Positions 57,415 to 64,000 of a DNA stretch of 64,000 nucleotides are shown here, in pieces; positions within the stretch are counted from its first letter, which is position 1; each line of letters starts with the position of its first letter. A program made the translations under genes and the position numbers. The stretch is from Promethearchaeota archaeon (lineage in GTDB: Archaea; Asgardarchaeota; Lokiarchaeia; Sigyniarchaeales; SOKP01). The notes below the pieces were generated by a model, which had not been told where the DNA came from, did not search any database, and saw nothing but the letters and a program-made list of their open reading frames with translations. Location: positions 32,001 through 96,000 of the forward strand of contig SHMW01000001.1 of NCBI GenBank assembly GCA_008080735.1, written 5' to 3'.

Positions 57415-59058
57415 ATGAACTCAAAGACTTCTAAGGATAAAGATAAGATTAAGAATATTGCACTTGACACTATTCGGTATTTATTAGATCATCCTGAGAC
57501 TCCTCGATCTAAAATAACAAATATCAAAGGAATGTTTGCCAAGAAATTTCAATATGATGGAGTCATAAAGAATGCAGTCGTTCTTGAATATCTTCCTGAC
57601 GTGGATCTTACACAAAAAGAGAGAAGGTTTCTTAATAAGAAACTAAGAAGAAGGACCACACGGAGCATTTCAGGAGTGTCTGTAATTGCTATTATGACAT
57701 CTCCACTTGAATGTCCGGGAAATTGTATCTATTGCCCGGGGACTGAATCTCAACCTGATCAAAAAGTGGCACAGTCATATACTGGTAGAGAGCCCGCTGC
57801 GATGAGATCTATTCATTATGGATATGATTCCTATAAACAAGTGCAGAGTAGGATTGAGGATCTTGAAGCTATCGGGCATACGGTGGACAAGATTGAACTT
57901 ATCATAATGGGGGGTACATTCCTCTCAGCTGATATCTCATATCAAAAAAAATTTGTAAAAGGTGCTCTTGAAGCAATCATAGATACTCGTACGGATTCGT
58001 TAGAAGAAGCGATTAAACGTGCTGAATCATCTAAACGAAGATTAATTGGTATTACCATCGAAACGAGACCCGATTATTGTAAAGAATCACATGTTGATAG
58101 AATGCTTGAATATGGCACCACCAGAGTTGAACTTGGAGTTCAAACCATCTATGATGAGATATATAAATTAATCAAAAGAGGTCATAGCACAGAAGATAGT
58201 AAAGAAGCAATAAGAATTGCTAAAGACGCAGGATTGAAGATAAACGCGCATATAATGCCCGATCTACCTGGCTCTACTTATCAAAAAGACCTTGAATTAT
58301 TTGAAACGCTATTCGATGATCCCGATTATAGACCTGATATGCTTAAAATTTACCCTTGTTTGGTAATTAAGGGAACCGAGTTATATAAATTATGGAAGAG
58401 GGGGGAATATGCGCCATATTCACTGGATGAATTGACCGCGCTCATTGCAAACTGGAAACAACAAATCCCTCGCTATGTCCGAATCCAGAGGATTATGCGC
58501 GATATTCCTGCTCCATTAATAGAGGCAGGATGCAAAAAAAGTAATTTGAGGCAATTAGTGAAGAATAGACTGAATGATATGAATGCGAGGTGTAATTGCA
58601 TTCGATGCAGAGAACTCGGAATTAAAAACCGGAGCGCAGAAATTGATGGCTCTGTCTTGGAAAATATTCAACTCTCCCGCTTTGATTATAATGCTTCGAA
58701 AGGTCAAGAGATCTTTCTTTCATATGAGAATCAAAAGAAAAATTATTTAATTGGCTACCTCCGACTTCGAAAACCCTCTAAATTCGCCCATAGACCTGAA
58801 CTAAATGATGGGCATACCTTAATTGTGAGAGAAATAAAAGTTGTGGGAGAATTAGTAGCAAAAGATAATCAACCATATACTGAAATTCAATTACAACATA
58901 GGGGATATGGAACTTCTTTATTGGAAGAAGCTGAACGAATTGCCAAAGAAGAGTTTGATGCAAAAAAAATTACCGTGATTTCTGGGATTGGGGTACGGCA
59001 TTGGTTTTATGATTTAGATTACATATTAGATGGACCCTATGTTTCCAAGCATCTGTGA
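57415..59058 (+). CDS. elp3: Elp3 tRNA uridine(34) acetyltransferase (radical SAM + KAT)
   Basis: RSISGV..IA.M, CP..CIYCPG, QSYTG.EPA, ETRPD, KIYPCLV..GT, RIMRDIP, C.CIRCRE, QH.GYG. Confidence 0.96.
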   Translation: MNSKTSKDKDKIKNIALDTIRYLLDHPETPRSKITNIKGMFAKKFQYDGVIKNAVVLEYLPDVDLTQKERRFLNKKLRRRTTRSISGVSVIAIMTSPLECPGNCIYCPGTESQPDQKVAQSYTGREPAAMRSIHYGYDSYKQVQSRIEDLEAIGHTVDKIELIIMGGTFLSADISYQKKFVKGALEAIIDTRTDSLEEAIKRAESSKRRLIGITIETRPDYCKESHVDRMLEYGTTRVELGVQTIYDEIYKLIKRGHSTEDSKEAIRIAKDAGLKINAHIMPDLPGSTYQKDLELFETLFDDPDYRPDMLKIYPCLVIKGTELYKLWKRGEYAPYSLDELTALIANWKQQIPRYVRIQRIMRDIPAPLIEAGCKKSNLRQLVKNRLNDMNARCNCIRCRELGIKNRSAEIDGSVLENIQLSRFDYNASKGQEIFLSYENQKKNYLIGYLRLRKPSKFAHRPELNDGHTLIVREIKVVGELVAKDNQPYTEIQLQHRGYGTSLLEEAERIAKEEFDAKKITVISGIGVRHWFYDLDYILDGPYVSKHL

Positions 59059-59396
59059 TTTTTAAATTGAAATCGACATAATATTAAAATCAAACTAATC
59101 TCATTTGAAAAATCCCTCCCACTCCCGCGAGGTTCCCTATGTCTTTATAATATTATATCACTTTTCCATTTAAAATTGATATATTAGAATATATTTTGGG
59201 AAATAAGTAGTCTGTAAGTAGATTAGATTGATATTTTTTTCACATTTAAGATTATAAGTGGTATAGAGAAAAATGTATTTTTAATTTTGTTCTGTCTTTT
59301 ATCTCTTTCGTTCTTTATTAATAAAGTTTATTTTAATATCGTAATTTCATATATTATATTCTAATATATTTGAATATTTAATCCATTAAATTCATT

Positions 59397-60464
59397 ATGA
59401 CCTCGAAGAAATATCTTTCCAGAAAAAAGACTTCTCAACAATGTATTTCGATCTCACCTGCTCTAAAAGACTGGATCCAAAGATACGTATTTAAAAAAAA
59501 CAAAGAAAATCCGGAAGATAAGAGATATAAAAGTATCTCTGCATTTTACACCAGCGTTATGGAAAATGTATTAAAAGCTTTTGAAGCGGGAAAAAGTCTA
59601 GAAGATTTTGATAGATTTGTAGATAGAGAGGTATATTCCTTTTATGATGAGTTTTCATTTAAGGCTTTAATCCCTTTATATGAAATGGTTGTAGAGACGA
59701 ATAAATATACAAAAATCGATTATGAGAGGACGATTCACTTTTTCTCTCAAATGCATGATTTTTTTAAAAAATTCCTCAAAAAAAGAGATATCAATAAAAT
59801 TGAGACTTTTCTTAAGCGAATTAAAAATTATTTCAGCCAAAACAAGATCTGCTCTTATCTTAATTTTGAACTTATTACTCATGAGGATTCAACATATCCG
59901 CGCTTTCGAATAGAGGCGGTGAGTATCTATAAAAATATCATCTATGAAAATATAAAATTTTTTAGCGCTATATTTGGGTTATTGGGCATTAAAATTGAGG
60001 ACTTCATTTATTCAGAAAAAGATTCTTATTATCGAATTGATGCTCAGGCGACCGATCTCTTTTTTGAAAACAAATACATAAAACAAAAATTTATAACTCT
60101 CTTAGAACACAATCTCAATTATTTTACACATTACCAAAAATTACTTAAGGATGAAGACTATTATATGTGGATGAAAATGGCAGAAGATAAAGATGTTATA
60201 ATAAATTTTGCTGATAAATTTTCTAAAAGAAGATGGCTTGAGAGAATACAGAAGGATATTGAACATTATGGCCAAAAAGGAGATCAAATACTCACTCTCT
60301 TATACTTTTTTGAGAGGCTCCACTGGATTGATATTGAAAATGAAAATCCTATTATCTTCAGAATTCGGCTTCCGCAAAATAATAAGGAGCAGAAAACATT
60401 TCTTTTAAATCATCTATCCAAATTTACAAAGATCAAAGAACATAACGGAAAATTTTACCTATAG
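59397..60464 (+). CDS. Hypothetical protein with a possible N-terminal ribbon-helix-helix
   Basis: ISISP.LK.WI.RYV.......YKSISAF....ME N-terminal pattern. Confidence 0.65.
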   Translation: MTSKKYLSRKKTSQQCISISPALKDWIQRYVFKKNKENPEDKRYKSISAFYTSVMENVLKAFEAGKSLEDFDRFVDREVYSFYDEFSFKALIPLYEMVVETNKYTKIDYERTIHFFSQMHDFFKKFLKKRDINKIETFLKRIKNYFSQNKICSYLNFELITHEDSTYPRFRIEAVSIYKNIIYENIKFFSAIFGLLGIKIEDFIYSEKDSYYRIDAQATDLFFENKYIKQKFITLLEHNLNYFTHYQKLLKDEDYYMWMKMAEDKDVIINFADKFSKRRWLERIQKDIEHYGQKGDQILTLLYFFERLHWIDIENENPIIFRIRLPQNNKEQKTFLLNHLSKFTKIKEHNGKFYL

Positions 60465-60558
60465 TCTTCCTTATTGGTTATTTGCTTTCCTATTTTTTAG
60501 ATTCTTTTTCAAATTAAAATCGTTTATGGCAAAAAAAATAATATAATACAGAGAATTT

Positions 60559-62487
60559 ATGATAAATATGGAAGATTTTGATTACGAAAAACTAGGCTTA
60601 AAATGTGGTTTAGAGATCCATCAGCAACTGGATTCGGAAACGAAGCTTTTTTGTCGATGCCCAAACGATTTACAAGGAACGAGAGAACCCGATTTTACTC
60701 TTATTAGAGAAATGAGACCTGTCTTAGGAGAGATGGGAACATATGATGAGGCGATGTTGACTGAATATGAGAAAGAGATGAAAATTGTCTACCAATGCTA
60801 TGATGATGTGATTTGTACCTATGAAATGGATGAAACTCCCCCCTTCGATTGCAATAGAGAAGCGAAAAGAATTGCCATAGAGATCGCGCTCCTCCTAAAC
60901 TCAAATATTATCAGAGAAATGCATGTATGCCGAAAAAATTATCTTGATGGAAGTGTTCCATGTGGCTTTCAGAGGACGATGATTCTAGCAAAAGGGGGAT
61001 ATGTGAAACTGGAAAATGGAAAGAAAATCGGCATTGATATTATTTGTTTAGAGGAAGATGCGGCACGTCGAATCGATACCATCGAAAAAACTAATTACTT
61101 CAGATTAGACAGATTAGGCATACCCCTAGTGGAAGTAACTACTAAACCCGATATCAATGATCCCGATGAATGTAGAGAATGTGCCGAGCGTTTAGGTCTC
61201 CTATTATGGTCTACAAAGGTAAAAAAAGTACTCGGCTCCATACGACAAGATATCAATGTAAGTATTAAAGGAGGAACACGGATTGAGATTAAAGGTGTTC
61301 AGAAACTGGATTGGATACCTCTTTTAATCAATCATGAAATTTCACGCCAGCTTAATCTTCTAAAAATAAAACAAAAATTAGCGGATTTAGGATTAAATGC
61401 ACAAAAAGCAATCGGAAAACCCATCAATATTTCAGAAAAATTAGCTAAAACAAAATGTAAATTCATCGCAAATGGAATTAAAAAAGGTAAAACTCTAATC
61501 GGAATCAATTTCAAACAGTTTGAAGGCATTTTTGGAATGGAATTAATGCCAGACTATCGATTTGGAACAGAAGTCAGCAGTAAAGTCCAGTCAATCTCTG
61601 GTTTAAAGGGTTTGATTCATTCTGATGAGGATTTAACCTCATATGGCTTTTCAAACAAAGATATTCAAACCATTAAAGACTCATTAGAATTTGAGGAAGG
61701 AGATTGCTTTATATTAATACTTGGGGAAAGTGATCAAACTCAGAAGACAATGGACGTTATCATTGACAGGGTTCTATTTGCTTTCAAAGGAATCCCACCA
61801 GAAACCAGAAGGGCACTTGAAAATGGCAATACAGAATTCCTAAGAGAATTACACGGAGGAGCTCGACTCTATCCTGACACGGATTCCCAAGCAATATTGA
61901 ATACGGACAAGGAAATAGCATCTGTTCAAGATCAATTACCCGAATATCCTTGGGAAATCATACAACAATATTCAAAGAAATACAATACCGAGGAGAGAAT
62001 AATTAAAGAGCTCATTTTCAACGGTTATTTAGATTTATTTGACTTACTTCTTGAAATTTATCCGGATAATCCCACACTGATCCTAACCACTTTACTGGAA
62101 ACCACCACTGCCCTTAAACGCGATGGTAAGGAAATCTCCATTATAACGGAAGAAGATTATGAAGAAATCTTTGAATTACTAGCCGCTAAGGAGATAGGAA
62201 AAGAGGCGATTGAAGACCTTTTGGCAGCAAAAACCGAAAATCCCTCCCTCTCTATTCAAGAAGTTAAGGATAAATTAAACTTAGAAAAAGTCTCTTTAGA
62301 TGAGTTGAAAGAAATCATTGAGAGAATCATTAATGATAATAAGGACTTAATTAAAGATCAAAAAATGCGTGCAATGGGCCCTCTTATGGGGGATGCGATG
62401 AAAAAATTACGCGGGAAAATCGATGGGGCAATTGTATCCAAAAAGTTACAAGCAGCACTTCAAAAAAAGATAAAGGAGTTGGAATAA
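60559..62487 (+). CDS. gatE: Glu-tRNA(Gln) amidotransferase subunit E
   Basis: GLKCGLEIHQQL..KLFCRCP, DGS...GFQRT, LEEDAAR, LDRLGIPLVE.TT, IRQD.NVSI, ARLYPDTD. Confidence 0.97.
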   Translation: MINMEDFDYEKLGLKCGLEIHQQLDSETKLFCRCPNDLQGTREPDFTLIREMRPVLGEMGTYDEAMLTEYEKEMKIVYQCYDDVICTYEMDETPPFDCNREAKRIAIEIALLLNSNIIREMHVCRKNYLDGSVPCGFQRTMILAKGGYVKLENGKKIGIDIICLEEDAARRIDTIEKTNYFRLDRLGIPLVEVTTKPDINDPDECRECAERLGLLLWSTKVKKVLGSIRQDINVSIKGGTRIEIKGVQKLDWIPLLINHEISRQLNLLKIKQKLADLGLNAQKAIGKPINISEKLAKTKCKFIANGIKKGKTLIGINFKQFEGIFGMELMPDYRFGTEVSSKVQSISGLKGLIHSDEDLTSYGFSNKDIQTIKDSLEFEEGDCFILILGESDQTQKTMDVIIDRVLFAFKGIPPETRRALENGNTEFLRELHGGARLYPDTDSQAILNTDKEIASVQDQLPEYPWEIIQQYSKKYNTEERIIKELIFNGYLDLFDLLLEIYPDNPTLILTTLLETTTALKRDGKEISIITEEDYEEIFELLAAKEIGKEAIEDLLAAKTENPSLSIQEVKDKLNLEKVSLDELKEIIERIINDNKDLIKDQKMRAMGPLMGDAMKKLRGKIDGAIVSKKLQAALQKKIKELE

Positions 62488-62488
62488 T

Positions 62489-63853
62489 ATGAGTGAGAAT
62501 TTAAAAGGGTATAAAAAGGACGCGAAAAAGTTCTTAATTGAACATAATTTAAAACTATGGGATATCATAAAAGTTGAAACAAAGACTACTACATATGAAG
62601 GAATCCTGTTGCCCCGATATGAATATTCGAAAGCAGGTTTTATAGAGATAAAATTGGAAAATAATTATAATGTAGGTATAAAAGTTGATGATATCACCAA
62701 GATCGAAAAAATAGGTGAAAAAGAAGCTAAATATAAAATCCCAGAAAAAGATTTTCCGAAAACGAAAGGATTTCCCGAAATCACGCTCTTAGGAACGGGA
62801 GGTACCGTGGCTTCCAGACTTGATTATACAACGGGAGCCGTTATTCCCGCATTTAGTCCCGGAGAATTATTCAGTGCCGTCCCTGAATTAGCGGATATTT
62901 GTAATCTCGAGACTGAAATTGTATTTAAAATATTTTCCGAAAATATGCAAGCGACCCATTGGCAACAATTAGCTCACCAAATTGAAACGCTTGCTAATTC
63001 CGGAAAGGATGGAATAATCATCCCCCATGGTACTGATACAATGGGATATACATCGGCAGCGCTCTCTTTTATGCTTAAAGATCTCTCAATTCCCGTGGTA
63101 GTGGTCGGAAGTCAGCGAAGTTCGGATCGACCCTCATCAGATGCTGCGATGAATCTTATCAATGCCGCCACCGTTGCCACATCAGATATCGCAGAAGTCA
63201 CGCTTGTTATGCTTGGATCCTCTTCCCATGATTACGGACTCATCCATCGAGGGACTCTAGTACGAAAATTGCATACCTCATATCGACATACCTTTCGGAC
63301 TATTGATGACATTCCAATGGGAATGGTTCAGAATAGAACGATTCGCATGTTTACAGATAATTATCATAAAAAAGATAAAAAAAAGCGAGAGACCACTGCC
63401 CTAACTGATTTCGAAAAAAAAATCGGATTTATCTATTTTTATCCCGGATTAACCAGCGAAATGATCCATTATTATATTGATAAAGGATATAAAGGACTTT
63501 TACTTGCTGGAACCGGCTTAGGACATGTCGCTACACGGATTTATGACGCGATTGAACGTGCCATCGAAGAGGATATTCTAGTATTGATGACCTCCCAAAC
63601 ACTGTTTGGATTTGTAGGGATGAATGTATATTCCACCGGTCGAGAATTGCTTGATATGGGTGTCCTCCCTGGAAAAAATATGATGCCAGAGGTGGGTTAT
63701 GTAAAACTTGGATGGGTACTCGGGCAAACGGATAATCTCGAGGATGCCAAAAAACTACTCATGACAAACATTGCCGGCGAATTTTTAGATAGAGAAATTC
63801 CCATCGCATTCAATTATGATATCGACCGTTTACTCAAGGATAATTTGATCTAA
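62489..63853 (+). CDS. gatD: Glu-tRNA(Gln) amidotransferase subunit D
   Basis: KL.N.YN.G, TGGT.ASR.DY.TGAV, HGTDTM, GSQRSSDRPSSD, GTGLGH, VYSTGR. Confidence 0.97.
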   Translation: MSENLKGYKKDAKKFLIEHNLKLWDIIKVETKTTTYEGILLPRYEYSKAGFIEIKLENNYNVGIKVDDITKIEKIGEKEAKYKIPEKDFPKTKGFPEITLLGTGGTVASRLDYTTGAVIPAFSPGELFSAVPELADICNLETEIVFKIFSENMQATHWQQLAHQIETLANSGKDGIIIPHGTDTMGYTSAALSFMLKDLSIPVVVVGSQRSSDRPSSDAAMNLINAATVATSDIAEVTLVMLGSSSHDYGLIHRGTLVRKLHTSYRHTFRTIDDIPMGMVQNRTIRMFTDNYHKKDKKKRETTALTDFEKKIGFIYFYPGLTSEMIHYYIDKGYKGLLLAGTGLGHVATRIYDAIERAIEEDILVLMTSQTLFGFVGMNVYSTGRELLDMGVLPGKNMMPEVGYVKLGWVLGQTDNLEDAKKLLMTNIAGEFLDREIPIAFNYDIDRLLKDNLI

Positions 63854-64000
63854 GTTCGACTTCTATTTTATGGTTTTTATCATTACATTTAATTTCACTT
63901 CACCTTTTACTCTTTTTGCTCTGAATATTCTTGAATTTTATTCTAGATATTTCTTTTTGCAGTTCATTACCACAAAAACAATAAAAAATTTAAAGTTTTA

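Noticed and set aside
1006-61529. Numerous 60-143 aa ORFs antisense to or nested in confident genes (for example 5273-5704, 26990-27394, 48715-49095)
   Set aside because: Shadow ORFs with Ser/Phe/Ile-rich antisense composition that overlap well-supported genes
63860-64000. 3' end of a minus-strand gene at the window edge
   Set aside because: All three minus frames contain stops within the first few dozen bases; no supportable CDS

Overview
AT-rich archaeal chromosomal window, most consistent with an Asgard archaeon of the Lokiarchaeia type. The basis is archaeal core genes (rpo5/rpo2, cbf5, PolD DP1/DP2, cdc6, carS, archease/rtcB, pelota, elf1, Sm, mat, fibrillarin/nop5, elp3, gatDE) alongside eukaryotic-signature proteins (roadblock-Rab fusion, longin-HTH, BAR-like, LITAF-like, AN1 fingers). 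It has three tRNA genes (two with non-canonical introns), a DP2 intein ending in Gln with a degenerate LAGLIDADG domain, and a decayed IS200/IS605 (tnpB) element. Highlights: (1) a 30-nt stop-containing insertion with bulge-helix-bulge-like geometry splits the catalytic DEAGRG motif of RNase HII, a candidate archaeal mRNA intron missed by the ORF track. (2) An 8-gene operon (32.9-41.7 kb) encodes an SMC-like protein that has lost its ATPase motifs, a MAGE/Nse3-like KITE protein, a possible kleisin-like protein, a duplicated Zn-ribbon/PC4-like protein and a AAA+ ATPase. (3) There is a candidate actin/membrane module: an unannotated WH2-like micro-protein, a BAR-like protein and a polyproline protein. 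All family calls come from motif recognition by eye; no searches were run.
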